Positions 20,852 through 32,574 of a DNA stretch of 64,000 bases are shown piece after piece. Made by a program: the position numbers and the translations under genes. Position 1 is the stretch's first letter; each line of letters begins with the position of its first letter. Under the pieces are notes generated by a model. That model worked only from the letters and a program-made list of their open reading frames with translations. It was not told the origin of the DNA and ran no database searches. The DNA is from an uncultured beta proteobacterium (GTDB lineage Bacteria > Pseudomonadota > Gammaproteobacteria > Burkholderiales > Burkholderiaceae_C): NCBI GenBank assembly GCA_903839085.1, contig CAIMBE010000126.1, positions 4,014 through 68,013 on the forward strand. The letters are read 5' to 3'.

Positions 20852-20923
20852 TTAGGGCAATCCCTGATCTGTTATGTTGACTGTGCTGCAACCGTAACCG
20901 AGATGCACTGCAAAGGGATGACG

Positions 20924-21667
20924 ATGGAGTTTTTCAAGGGTTTTCAATGGGCATTGCCGGTGGCGTTCGCCGACTCGCTGGCACGGGCCTGGTTCGTCGA
21001 GGGTGATGTCCTGTACGACAGCGCAGTGGCCTACAACGCAAGCTGGTCGGCGGCGCTTCAAGCGGTCGAGTACACGATTCAGGTGCGCTCGCCGGCACGC
21101 TCGAGCGAAGTGAACAATCAGACCGTGCGCGAGGTTTTCACACGCAACTGGCACTCCGAGGTGCGACTCGACCTCTACTCGCACATGACCAGAGTCGGCA
21201 ACGGCCAGGTCAGGACCACCCAGGGGCGGCTCTACACAAGCTTGTGGAAGGGGACGATCGACACCCTGTTCGAGGACAAATCAGCCCACCCACCCGTGCC
21301 GACGACCGCTCAGCAGCTTTCCAGGGATCTCGAGAAGGCAAGCGGGCTGACCGCGCTTGTACCGAGCGGCCACGCGACATTTGTCATGGTGCGCGATCTC
21401 TCCAACAGCGTTTCCAGAAGCAAGTACCAAAAAGTTCAAGCCAAGCTGCGTCCCTATATGTCCCGCGAGCCCGTCATCGTGAGGCCGGCGGACGCGAATT
21501 TCCCTGATGCGCACGAAATTGCGCCAACAGTGGATATCGCCCTTTTTCCAACGACCGGCGTTGAACTGTCCGAACTGGAAGAACTGGTTAAGCAGGCCGT
21601 CTATGTGCCGACCAGGGATGCCAAGAAAGACATGTTCAGGCTCAGCGCGCACGGCGTCGTCATCTAG
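20924..21667 (+). CDS. hypothetical protein (247 aa), no recognisable domain
   Basis: This is the only long ORF in the ligA-osmC gap. The start is trimmed from 20804 (which would overlap ligA) to ATG 20924 (AAGGGA upstream); ATG 20918 is also possible. Confidence 0.55.
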   Translation: MEFFKGFQWALPVAFADSLARAWFVEGDVLYDSAVAYNASWSAALQAVEYTIQVRSPARSSEVNNQTVREVFTRNWHSEVRLDLYSHMTRVGNGQVRTTQGRLYTSLWKGTIDTLFEDKSAHPPVPTTAQQLSRDLEKASGLTALVPSGHATFVMVRDLSNSVSRSKYQKVQAKLRPYMSREPVIVRPADANFPDAHEIAPTVDIALFPTTGVELSELEELVKQAVYVPTRDAKKDMFRLSAHGVVI

Positions 21668-21819
21668 GCTCCGTGCCAACGGGAGCGGGTAAGTCTCTCG
21701 CGGTCTATGCCCGAAAACCTCCCTGTTCAGTTTCATGCGCCCGCCATGGACAAGAGAAGCATCTTGGCAACCGCAGGTATTGTTCGGCTTGGTGGCATAT
21801 GCATATGGTTATTGATTCT

Positions 21820-21848
21820 TTGACAGCCTGTCCCGCCACGCCTACAGT
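21820..21848 (+). promoter_or_regulatory. candidate sigma70 promoter for the OsmC-family gene
   Basis: TTGACA (21820-21825), an exact 17-nt spacer, then TACAGT (21843-21848). It lies about 80 nt upstream of the ATG at 21930. Confidence 0.45.
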
Positions 21849-21929
21849 GCGCCACTCAGGCAGCGGTTGAGGCGTCACGCCAGCGCTGCCGGAGTTGCTC
21901 AATTACCCATGCTTCAACAAGGAAAATTC

Positions 21930-22451
21930 ATGACCGGTTTCGCTCCGCTATTCAACGCCACCCGCTCAGCCCTGGCCGGCGAAGGCGCTCAAACCATCAT
22001 CCGCTTCAATGCAGCCAGCCAGGGCCATGACGGACTCCACCGCCGAGTCAAGATCCGGGGATTCGCCGTGGAAGTGGATGAGCCCCCGACCCTCGGCGGC
22101 ACGGACCGTGCGCCAAGCCCTGTGGAGTATGCACTCGCGGCTTTGGCCACCTGCCAGGAAATAACCTACCGCCTGCATGCCGACGCTCTGGGGATTGCGC
22201 TCAAGGACGTATCCGTCGAACTTGAAGGGGAACTTGATCTGCGTGGCTTCTTCGGCGCGACTGAAGGCGTGCGCCCGGGCTTTCTGAACATAACTGGCTC
22301 AGTGAGGTTTGACAGTTCGGCACCGGTAGCAGAGTTACAGCGCCTTAAGAGCGTTGTGGATGCGCACTGCCCGGTGCTGGACCTGTTCAATAACGCGACA
22401 CCGGTGCAGATCAGCATTGCAGCCCGAGCACCAATGACAGCGGCAACTTAA
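21930..22451 (+). CDS. OsmC-family peroxiredoxin-like protein
   Basis: OsmC-type fold features are present, including the conserved Cys contexts LATCQEITY and DAHCPV. The start is trimmed to ATG 21930, which has AAGGAA 6 nt upstream. Confidence 0.85.
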   Translation: MTGFAPLFNATRSALAGEGAQTIIRFNAASQGHDGLHRRVKIRGFAVEVDEPPTLGGTDRAPSPVEYALAALATCQEITYRLHADALGIALKDVSVELEGELDLRGFFGATEGVRPGFLNITGSVRFDSSAPVAELQRLKSVVDAHCPVLDLFNNATPVQISIAARAPMTAAT

Positions 22452-22579
22452 GGCTGCAACAGACCAAGGTTCTTGGCTGGACCCGTCCGCTAATTTGGCG
22501 AAAGTGTCGACGAGCAAGTACGCTCAACTCATTTACCCTGATTCAGTGCTGAGTTGGACACCTATCAGACAGCGTCAAG

Positions 22580-22609
22580 AAAAAAGCACCTAACGTTTCC
22601 GCTAAGTGC
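22580..22609 (-). terminator. Rho-independent terminator downstream of tRNA-Val
   Basis: The minus strand reads GCACTTAGC-GGAAAC-GTTAGGTGC followed by TTTTTTC. This is a 9-bp stem with two G-U pairs. Confidence 0.55.
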
Positions 22610-22628
22610 CTGATTTCATTCGAGATTT

Positions 22629-22705
22629 TGGTAGGCGCGATTGGACTCGAACCAACGACCCCCACCATGTCAAGGTGGTGCTCTAACCAGCTGAGCTACG
22701 CGCCT
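22629..22705 (-). tRNA. tRNA-Val (anticodon GAC)
   Basis: Hand-folded cloverleaf: acceptor AGGCGCG/CGCGCCT, D arm GCTC-AGCTGGTTA-GAGC, anticodon arm CCACC-TTGACAT-GGTGG, T arm GTTGG-TTCGAGT-CCAAT, and an encoded CCA. Length 77 nt. Confidence 0.95.
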
Positions 22706-22822
22706 AAGGATTGCCCGAGAGCCGCGAGTATATCAGCATGCACGATGCCTTCACCCTGGAACTTGTGAAGTGGAACTTATGACCTGCTCTTCTGATCAGC
22801 GAGCCGTGGGTGATAATTGACG

Positions 22823-22838
22823 TTGACGTAAACGTCAA
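22823..22838. promoter_or_regulatory. palindrome TTGACGT-AA-ACGTCAA 19 nt upstream of the SDR start codon; candidate operator
   Basis: The arms are identical to the 6007-6022 site. It overlaps a second inverted repeat, ATTGACGTT-N6-AACGTCAAT (22816-22839). Confidence 0.5.
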
Positions 22839-22857
22839 TCAATTATTGGAGATCAAC

Positions 22858-23616
22858 ATGGACATTGCAGGCAAAGTATTCATCGTCACCGGTGGTGCAT
22901 CAGGTTTGGGCGAAGGCACCGCCCGCATGCTGGCGGAAAACGGCGGAAAAGTGGTGATCGCCGACATGCAGACAGAAAAGGGCGAAGCGGTCGCCCGGGA
23001 AATTGGCGGCGTGTTCGTCAAGTGCGACGTGTCTCAGGAGGCTGACGGCCAGGCTGTGGTGAACCAGGCAGTGTCGATGGGCAAGCTGATGGGTCTGGTC
23101 AACTGCGCCGGCATCGCGCCGGCGGAAAAAACTGTGGGCAAGACCGGCGCCCACAGCCTGGCGGTTTTCAGCAAGTGCATTACCGTCAATTTGATTGGCA
23201 GCTTCAACATGATCCGACTCGCCGCGCATGCCATGAGCCAGAACCAGCCCGAGGCTACCGGCGAGCGCGGCGTCATGATATCGACCGCCTCGGTGGCCGC
23301 CTATGACGGGCAGATCGGCCAGGCTGCCTACAGTGCGTCAAAGGGCGGCATCGTCGGCATGACGCTGCCGATCGCGCGCGACCTGGCGCGCAACGGCATA
23401 CGCAACATGACCATCGCGCCGGGTATTTTCGGCACCCCGATGATGTTCGGCATGCCCAAGGAAGTTCAGGACTCGCTGGCGGCCAGCGTGCCTTTCCCGT
23501 CCCGACTGGGCACGCCCGCGGACTATGCCAAGCTGGCGCGGCACATTTTCGAAAACGACATGCTCAATGGAGAAGTGATCCGCCTCGACGGTGCAATTCG
23601 TCTGGCTCCGCGCTAG
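22858..23616 (+). CDS. short-chain dehydrogenase, 3-hydroxyacyl-CoA / 3-hydroxy-2-methylbutyryl-CoA dehydrogenase-like
   Basis: TGGASGLG cofactor motif and the YSASKGG catalytic motif are present. Start trimmed to ATG 22858, with GGAGA upstream. Confidence 0.9.
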   Translation: MDIAGKVFIVTGGASGLGEGTARMLAENGGKVVIADMQTEKGEAVAREIGGVFVKCDVSQEADGQAVVNQAVSMGKLMGLVNCAGIAPAEKTVGKTGAHSLAVFSKCITVNLIGSFNMIRLAAHAMSQNQPEATGERGVMISTASVAAYDGQIGQAAYSASKGGIVGMTLPIARDLARNGIRNMTIAPGIFGTPMMFGMPKEVQDSLAASVPFPSRLGTPADYAKLARHIFENDMLNGEVIRLDGAIRLAPR

Positions 23617-23690
23617 CCACAAGGGGCTGAGGCCCCTCGTCACCAGATCACGCAGGCCGATCGGAACAGGTCTGCGCCACAATAGCGCCC

Positions 23691-25547
23691 GTGAGCATTC
23701 CGCAAACCTTTATCCAGGAATTGATCGCCCGCGCTGACGTGGTGGAGATCGTCGGGCGCTATGTGCAGCTCAAGCGCGGCGGTGCCAATTTCATGGGCCT
23801 TTGCCCCTTTCATGGCGAGAAGTCGCCATCGTTCTCCGTCAGTCCAAGCAAGCAGTTTTATCACTGCTTTGGTTGTGGCAAGAACGGCAATGCCATCAGT
23901 TTCCTGATGGATCACGCCGGCATGACGTTTGTAGAGGCGGTCAAGGACCTGGCGCAGCAATACGGACTGCAGGTGCCCGACGATGATGTCAGCCCGCAGC
24001 AACGGGCGCAAGCCGCCGAGCAGCGGCAAAGGCAGACCACCTTGAGCGAGGTGCTTGAAAAGGCAGCGGATGCTTACCGCAAGCATCTCAAGGATTCGAC
24101 CAAGGCAGTGGCCTACCTCAAAGGGCGCGGCCTGTCCGGCGAGATTGCCAGGCAATTCGGTCTGGGGTACGCGCCCGAGGGCTGGCGCAGCCTGGCCAGC
24201 GTGTTTCCGAGTTACGACGATGCGCTGCTGGTCGAGAGCGGTCTGGTCATTCTGAACACGGAAGACGCCAGTGATGAGAAACGCTACGATCGTTTTCGAG
24301 ACCGGATCATGTTTCCGATCCGCAACGTCAAGGGAGAGTGCATAGGATTTGGCGGCCGTGTGATCGGTGACGAGAAGCCCAAGTACCTCAATTCGCCAGA
24401 GACGCCGGTCTTCAGCAAGGGGCACGAGTTGTACGGCCTGTTCGAGGCGCGCAGCGCGCTGCGCGAGCAGGGCTTTGCGCTTGTGACCGAAGGTTACATG
24501 GACGTCGTCGCCCTGGCCCAACTTGGCTTCCAGAACACAGTGGCCACCCTGGGAACGGCCTGCACGCCAGAGCACATCCAGAAACTGTTTCGATTTACAG
24601 AGACCGTGGTGTTCAGTTTCGACGGCGACGCAGCGGGCCGGCGCGCGGCGCGCAAGGCGATGGACAACGCCCTGACCTTTGCCAGCGACACGCGCAGCAT
24701 CAAGTTTCTGTTCCTGCCCCCTGAGCACGATCCCGACAGCTTTATTCGGGAGTTCGGCAGGGAGGCTTTTGCACGCTATGTCAGCGAGGCGATTCCCTTA
24801 AGCCGCTTCCTGGTCGACAGCGCACGCGAAGGCTGCGAACTCGGCAGCGCGGAAGGCCGCGCCCAACTCGCCACCCGCGCCAAGGCCCTGTGGATGCCGC
24901 TTCCCGATGGTGCCCTCAAGCGACAGTTGTTGAGTGAAATTGCCGGGCTGGTGCAACTGGCGAGCCGCGAATTGATCGACCTGTGGACATCCCGGACCTT
25001 GCCCAGCCATTCCGAGAGATCCAAACACATCCATCGCCCGATGGATCAGACCGGTGCGCGAACGCGTCTGACCGGGCGCCCTCGACCTGTCAGCCGGGCC
25101 GACCATGCGGTTCGCATGTTGCTGGGAAACATGTCGGCGCTGGAGGGCCTGTCGGCCGAAGACCACAGCATGCTGTGCGAGTTGCCGGCGCCGCATGGAC
25201 CCTTGTTTGTCTGGCTTGAGAGCCAGTTGCACGAACATGGCGCACAACCCTGGGTCGCTTTGCGAGAGGGCCTGCGCGGACGCGAGGGCGAGGAAATTGC
25301 AGTGCGGCTGATGACGGACCACGAACTGGCCGCTGCCGACGAGACTGATTCATGCCTGAGTGAATTGCGCAACGTCTTGAACCGGATGCTGGTCGAGCGA
25401 TTGAAGGGGCAGGAAACCGAGATGATCCACCAAGCCAGAAGCGATCCGGCGGCGCTGCATCGCTATCGCGAGTTCCAGGCTCGCCGGCTTCAGCTTGAGG
25501 CCGTGCTTTCAACCGCTGCCGCCGACAGAGAGGCCCCGTCGGTGTGA
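23691..25547 (+). CDS. dnaG: DNA primase
   Basis: Zinc ribbon CPFHGEKSPSFSVSPSKQFYHCFGCGKNG and TOPRIM motifs VTEGYMDVVAL / FDGDAAGRRAA are present. GTG start. Confidence 0.97.
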   Translation: MSIPQTFIQELIARADVVEIVGRYVQLKRGGANFMGLCPFHGEKSPSFSVSPSKQFYHCFGCGKNGNAISFLMDHAGMTFVEAVKDLAQQYGLQVPDDDVSPQQRAQAAEQRQRQTTLSEVLEKAADAYRKHLKDSTKAVAYLKGRGLSGEIARQFGLGYAPEGWRSLASVFPSYDDALLVESGLVILNTEDASDEKRYDRFRDRIMFPIRNVKGECIGFGGRVIGDEKPKYLNSPETPVFSKGHELYGLFEARSALREQGFALVTEGYMDVVALAQLGFQNTVATLGTACTPEHIQKLFRFTETVVFSFDGDAAGRRAARKAMDNALTFASDTRSIKFLFLPPEHDPDSFIREFGREAFARYVSEAIPLSRFLVDSAREGCELGSAEGRAQLATRAKALWMPLPDGALKRQLLSEIAGLVQLASRELIDLWTSRTLPSHSERSKHIHRPMDQTGARTRLTGRPRPVSRADHAVRMLLGNMSALEGLSAEDHSMLCELPAPHGPLFVWLESQLHEHGAQPWVALREGLRGREGEEIAVRLMTDHELAAADETDSCLSELRNVLNRMLVERLKGQETEMIHQARSDPAALHRYREFQARRLQLEAVLSTAAADREAPSV

Positions 25548-25556
25548 TGGTATAAT
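25548..25556 (+). promoter_or_regulatory. candidate extended -10 promoter element (TGgTATAAT) upstream of rpoD
   Basis: A perfect TATAAT (25551-25556) with TG one base upstream sits immediately after the dnaG stop. No good -35 is present. It would give a ~210-nt rpoD leader. Confidence 0.4.
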
Positions 25557-25775
25557 CCAACCGTCTCAGGCAAGAGCGACAGCAGCACCTCCGGACCGGC
25601 CATTCGGTGACATTGATCACAACCGGCCACCTTCCGCAAGGACTGCATTCCAAATGTTCGCCCTCAGATCTTGCCACCAGGAGCGTTTTTCACAAGCACC
25701 CAGGCGATAACGATCGTCGCGATGCTTGTTGAGTTTGTTTAGTTCGCCTGTTTTCTTGAATTCCTGAGGTCTTTC

Positions 25776-28151
<2,376 letters not shown>

Positions 28152-28201
28152 TCCGCGGGGACCGACCGCTACGCCTTGGCTGCCGCCAGGCGGGCGAGGC
28201 G

Positions 28202-29422
28202 TCAGTCGATCAGCGTCGCGTACACCAGATTGCGAAACAGCATGCGGTAGTACTCGCGCTGGTTCGGTGCCTGCAGCATAAGGCACGCGAACATGTCCTC
28301 TGCCGGATCGACGAAGAACGTGGTGCCGGCCATCCCACCCCAGTAGTAGGCGCCGACGGAACCGGGCACAGTCGCCAGCCCCGCCTCCTTGCGAACCGCA
28401 AAGCCCAAGCCAAAGCCATAACCGGGCGGCAGCAGTTGACTGGACACCCCCTTGTTTACCGCCATCGTGCCGAGGTGATCAGCCGTCATGAAATCGACCG
28501 TCCGTGGCCCCAGCAGACGCACGCCATCAAGCTCGCCCCGGTTCAGCATGAACTGCAGGAAGCGCGCGTAGTCGAGCGCCGTCGAAGCCAGTCCGCCGCC
28601 GCCGGACTCAAATGCCACCGGTTCACGGACATCGATAAGCCGCATCTGCAAACCGCCCTCGGGATCGCGGGCAAAAGGCTGGGCGATGCGTGCGTGATGC
28701 TCTGGCGGCACGCAGAACCCGGTATCCCTCATGTCCAGGGGCTTGAAGATGTTCTCCTGCAAATAGACACCGAGCGTCTTGCCGCCAACCACCTCGATCA
28801 GGCGGCCGAGCACATCGGTGGCACGGCCATACTCCCATACCGTGCCGGGCTCGAACAGCAGCGGCAAAGCGGCCAATTCCAGAGAAGACTCGGCATTGCT
28901 GCGCAGTCGTGACCCCATCCGCCGCTGCGCATATTGCCGCTGCACCGCGGTGCTGCCCATGAACTCATAAGTCAGACCCGCCGTGTGGCGCAACAGGTCC
29001 TGCACCGTCGCCAACTGCTGCGCCGCTTGCACTTGCGCCGCTCCGTCGACCAGTCGGCTGACCTTCGGCGCGGCGTATTCAGGCAGATATTTGGCAACCG
29101 GGTCACTCAACAGCAAGCGGCCCTGCTCCATCAGCATCATGACTGCCACCGACACGATCGGCTTGGTCATGGAATAGATGCGAAAGATCGCATCCTGCGT
29201 CATTGGCGCCGCGCTTGCGGGATCCAGGGCGCCCAGGCTTTCGAAACAGGCCAGTTTGCCGTGCCGCGCAATCAGAACGACCGCCCCCGGCAGGCGCTGT
29301 CGGTCAACTTCGGCCTGCAACACCTCGATCAACCGTGCTGTGCGCTGGGGACACAGGCCAAGGCTGGCGGGAGAGACCTTGGGTGCTGGCCAACGGGATG
29401 TGCCTGCCGGAGGCGCCTTCAC
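28202..29422 (-). CDS. serine hydrolase (beta-lactamase / esterase family)
   Basis: S-x-x-K motif in RIYSMTKPIV. I prefer the GTG at 29422, which has GGAGG 7 nt upstream and overlaps the ligase stop as GTGA, over the track start GTG 29449. Confidence 0.85.
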   Translation of the reverse strand: MKAPPAGTSRWPAPKVSPASLGLCPQRTARLIEVLQAEVDRQRLPGAVVLIARHGKLACFESLGALDPASAAPMTQDAIFRIYSMTKPIVSVAVMMLMEQGRLLLSDPVAKYLPEYAAPKVSRLVDGAAQVQAAQQLATVQDLLRHTAGLTYEFMGSTAVQRQYAQRRMGSRLRSNAESSLELAALPLLFEPGTVWEYGRATDVLGRLIEVVGGKTLGVYLQENIFKPLDMRDTGFCVPPEHHARIAQPFARDPEGGLQMRLIDVREPVAFESGGGGLASTALDYARFLQFMLNRGELDGVRLLGPRTVDFMTADHLGTMAVNKGVSSQLLPPGYGFGLGFAVRKEAGLATVPGSVGAYYWGGMAGTTFFVDPAEDMFACLMLQAPNQREYYRMLFRNLVYATLID

Positions 29423-31149
29423 TTTTCCGCCTCCTGCAGGACGCGCCACATGACCTTGCCCGCACCACTCTTAGGCAAAGCCTGGACAAACTGCACAACA
29501 CGAGGGCACTTATAGATCGCCATGTTGGCCCGGCACCAGTTGATGATGTCCTCTTCGCTGACGCTGCCCTCATAGGAGGGGCGCAGCACAACGACCGCCT
29601 TGACCGATTCGCCTCGGTAGTCGTCCCTGATGGAGATGACACACGCTTCCTGCACGGCAGGATGCCCGAACATCAGCGCCTCGACCTCGGCCGGCCAGAC
29701 CTTGAATCCCGACGCATTGATCATGCGCTTGAGTCGATCCGTCAGGAAAAAATAGCCATCCGCGTCGACATGCCCCAGATCGCCCGAACGGAAGAAACGC
29801 TTGCCTTCAAACTGAACAAAAGCGGCCTCGGTTGCCTGCGGCCGTTTCCAGTAGCCCTGAAAGACTTCAGGTCCATGAATGATGATCTCGCCCGGTTCTC
29901 CGAACGGCATCTCGAGCAGCGTATCGGGATCAATGACCCGCGCCTCGGTGCTCATGAACGGGATACCCAGGCATTGCTGCTTGGGCGCATCGGGCGGATT
30001 GCTGTGCGACGGTGCCGCAGTTTCAGTCAGCCCGTAGCCCTCGATGTAGCTAAGACCGAATTGTTCATAGAGCCGTTGCGCCACCGCCTGCGGCATGGCT
30101 GCGCCACCGCCGCCGATGTACACCAGACTGGACAGATCGTAGCGATCAAAATCGGGGCTGCCCAACAAATCGATCACCATCGTGGGAATATTGGTCCAAT
30201 GCGTGACCTTCCAGCGCGAAATCAGAAGGCCTGCCGTCTCGCGGTGCCAGCGCGGCATCAGAACGAGCGTGGCGCCTGCACGAATGCTGGTGTGCATCAG
30301 ACTCACCATGCCGGTGATGTGAAACATGGGCACCACCGCGAGCACGACATTTTCAGCCGAGCCATTGCCCCATAGCGAACTGGCAATCGCGTTGTGCATG
30401 ATGCTGGCGTGACTGTGCATGCACCCCTTTGGCAAACCGGTCGTTCCGCTGGTGTACGGCAAAACCGCCAGATCCGATGGCGTCACGAAGCACTCCGCCG
30501 GGCGCGCTGTCACCCGCATCGCCTGTTCCCACTGGTGCACCTGCCCATCCCGCAACTGTGGCAAGGCATGGCGCTGCAAGAGCCAGTCGACCCAGGCTTG
30601 CGGTGGCGCATCGTCACCCGCAATCGCCGCATCGAAGGCATCGGTGAAATGCGTCACCAGCAGATGCGCCAGCCGTTGCGGCGCCTCCAGCGCATCACTG
30701 GCGAGCACCAGGTCTGCGGCCAGGTCTGCCGTGGTGATCGCCACTCTCGCGTCGGGATCGAGGATGTAGTGCTTCAGTTCCTGCGCCCGGTTCATCGGGT
30801 TCACCGGAACCACCACGCCACCGGCGCGCAAAATTGCAAAATGCGCGATCACCAATTGCGGGCAGTTCTGCATGTTGAGGAGAACCCGATCACCTTTTTG
30901 CAACCCCAGATTCTGCAAAAATGACGCCAGACTCTCGGCCTTTTGCAGCAGTTCCCGATAACTGAAGACGCGTCCAAAGAAGACCAGCGCCGCCTTGTGG
31001 GGATAGCGGCGCGCACTGGTTTCAAGGTTGTCCCAGAGGGATGTTTCAGGCACGGTTATGGCATGCGGCAGTCGCGCCGGCCAGAAACGATGATGTGAAC
31101 AGACATCGGATCTGACCGCGCTATTTGGAAAACGGCTGGTTCGCTCCAT
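29419..31149 (-). CDS. AMP-dependent acyl-CoA synthetase / long-chain fatty acid-CoA ligase
   Basis: AMP-binding motif YTSGTTGLPKG and the C-terminal GDLGHVDADGYFFLTDRLK are present. Track start 31323 is trimmed by 58 codons to ATG 31149 (MERTSRF). Confidence 0.9.
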   Translation of the reverse strand: MERTSRFPNSAVRSDVCSHHRFWPARLPHAITVPETSLWDNLETSARRYPHKAALVFFGRVFSYRELLQKAESLASFLQNLGLQKGDRVLLNMQNCPQLVIAHFAILRAGGVVVPVNPMNRAQELKHYILDPDARVAITTADLAADLVLASDALEAPQRLAHLLVTHFTDAFDAAIAGDDAPPQAWVDWLLQRHALPQLRDGQVHQWEQAMRVTARPAECFVTPSDLAVLPYTSGTTGLPKGCMHSHASIMHNAIASSLWGNGSAENVVLAVVPMFHITGMVSLMHTSIRAGATLVLMPRWHRETAGLLISRWKVTHWTNIPTMVIDLLGSPDFDRYDLSSLVYIGGGGAAMPQAVAQRLYEQFGLSYIEGYGLTETAAPSHSNPPDAPKQQCLGIPFMSTEARVIDPDTLLEMPFGEPGEIIIHGPEVFQGYWKRPQATEAAFVQFEGKRFFRSGDLGHVDADGYFFLTDRLKRMINASGFKVWPAEVEALMFGHPAVQEACVISIRDDYRGESVKAVVVLRPSYEGSVSEEDIINWCRANMAIYKCPRVVQFVQALPKSGAGKVMWRVLQEAEK

Positions 31150-31419
31150 TGATTTTCTCTGTTGATGCCGCACTGGCGGTAGCGGCAAACTGCATTGCGG
31201 CCGGAAATTCGGCCATGGATGGCACAAATCCTGCCTTGCCCATGGGAGCATAATAATCTGCGGCGGGGTGGTGCTCGAATTCTTTCGGATTTGTGCGAGC
31301 GTAAACCCGGATGCTTGAGTCATCCTGACGCTGCTAAAGTTGGCATAGGGTTGGCTGGTATTTTTGGTGGCCTTGTCGGCTGATTTTTGATTTCATTTCT
31401 TTTGACTGGAGTAAGGTAA

Positions 31420-32454
31420 ATGCATTTAAGCAAATTGAAACCGGTGATCGCTGTCGCGCTTGCCGTGGGTACCATGATGGCGACCCCGGCGCATGCAGGC
31501 AAAACGCTCGATGGCATTAAGGCACGTGGCCAGGTGATCTGCGGCGTTCATACTGGCCTGGCTGGCTTCAGTGCCGCCGATTCTGCTGGGAAGTGGGCCG
31601 GTATCGACGTTGATGTTTGCCGGGCGGTGGCTGCAGCCACCTTGGGCGATAGCGAAAAGGTGAAGTATGTGCCATTGGTCGCACAAGCGCGCTTTACCGC
31701 ACTGCAGTCTGGCGAAATTGATGTTCTTTCGCGCAACACGACCTTTACCTTGACTCGAGACGCATCGTTGGGGTTGAGCCAGACCGCCGTCACCTACTAT
31801 GATGGCCAGGGCTTCATGGTGCCGGTCAAGAGCAAGATCAAGAATGCCAAACAACTCAAAGGGCAAACCATTTGCGTTCAATCGGGCACAACGACAGAGA
31901 AGAACTTGACTGATTTTTCCAAGGCCAACGGATTGAACGTCAAACCCGTTGTTTTTGAAAAACTTGACGCAGTGGAAGGTGCCTATTTTTCAGGCCGCTG
32001 TGTCGCGTACACGACGGACGCTTCCGGGCTCGCTTCTGTCCGCAACAAGTCGGCCAAGAATCCGGCGGATCACCTGATACTGCCAGAACTGATTTCCAAA
32101 GAACCCCTGGGACCTTTGGTGCGTCGCGGCGATGACGAGTGGGCAGCCATCGTCAAGTGGGTGATCTATGGTCTGCTTGAAGCCGAAGAGTATGGCGTTA
32201 CCTCCGCCAATGTTGACGACCTCAAGGTCAACAGCAAAGACCCGGTCGTGGGTCGCATTCTCGGAACGTCAGAAGACACTGGAAAATTGCTGGGATTGGA
32301 AAAAGAGTGGCTTGCACGCGCTATCAAGGCAACCGGCAACTATGGCGAAATCTTCGAGCGCAACGTAGGCCCCAAGTCGGCCCTGCAATTGCCCCGCGGC
32401 TTAAACAACCAGTGGAACAAGGGTGGCATCCAGTACGCCCCGCCGATCCGTTGA
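31420..32454 (+). CDS. aapJ: general L-amino-acid ABC transporter substrate-binding protein
   Basis: Signal peptide ending AHA-GK and family-3 SBP features are present. It is followed by two long permeases and an ATPase, as in aapJQMP/bztABCD systems. Confidence 0.88.
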   Translation: MHLSKLKPVIAVALAVGTMMATPAHAGKTLDGIKARGQVICGVHTGLAGFSAADSAGKWAGIDVDVCRAVAAATLGDSEKVKYVPLVAQARFTALQSGEIDVLSRNTTFTLTRDASLGLSQTAVTYYDGQGFMVPVKSKIKNAKQLKGQTICVQSGTTTEKNLTDFSKANGLNVKPVVFEKLDAVEGAYFSGRCVAYTTDASGLASVRNKSAKNPADHLILPELISKEPLGPLVRRGDDEWAAIVKWVIYGLLEAEEYGVTSANVDDLKVNSKDPVVGRILGTSEDTGKLLGLEKEWLARAIKATGNYGEIFERNVGPKSALQLPRGLNNQWNKGGIQYAPPIR

Positions 32455-32503
32455 TTTGCGCCTGAACGGGGTGACGTTCATCCCTCCACCCTGTTCAAGA
32501 TTG

Positions 32504-32542
32504 AAGGGCAGATGCATTTTCTTGCGCTGCCCTTTTCCATTT
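32504..32542 (+). terminator. possible intra-operon attenuating hairpin between the SBP and permease genes
   Basis: AAGGGCAG-N15-CTGCCCTT followed by TTCCATTT. The T-tract is weak. Confidence 0.3.
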
Positions 32543-32574
32543 GAATAGTATCGCTGTTCCATTCCAAGACTTCC

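Noticed and set aside
28152-28201. Imperfect hairpin (CGCCTTGGC ... GCCAGGCG) between the converging rpoD and serine-hydrolase genes, considered as a bidirectional terminator.
   Set aside because: The stem has a bulge and there is no T- or A-tract on either side, so the evidence is too weak to call.
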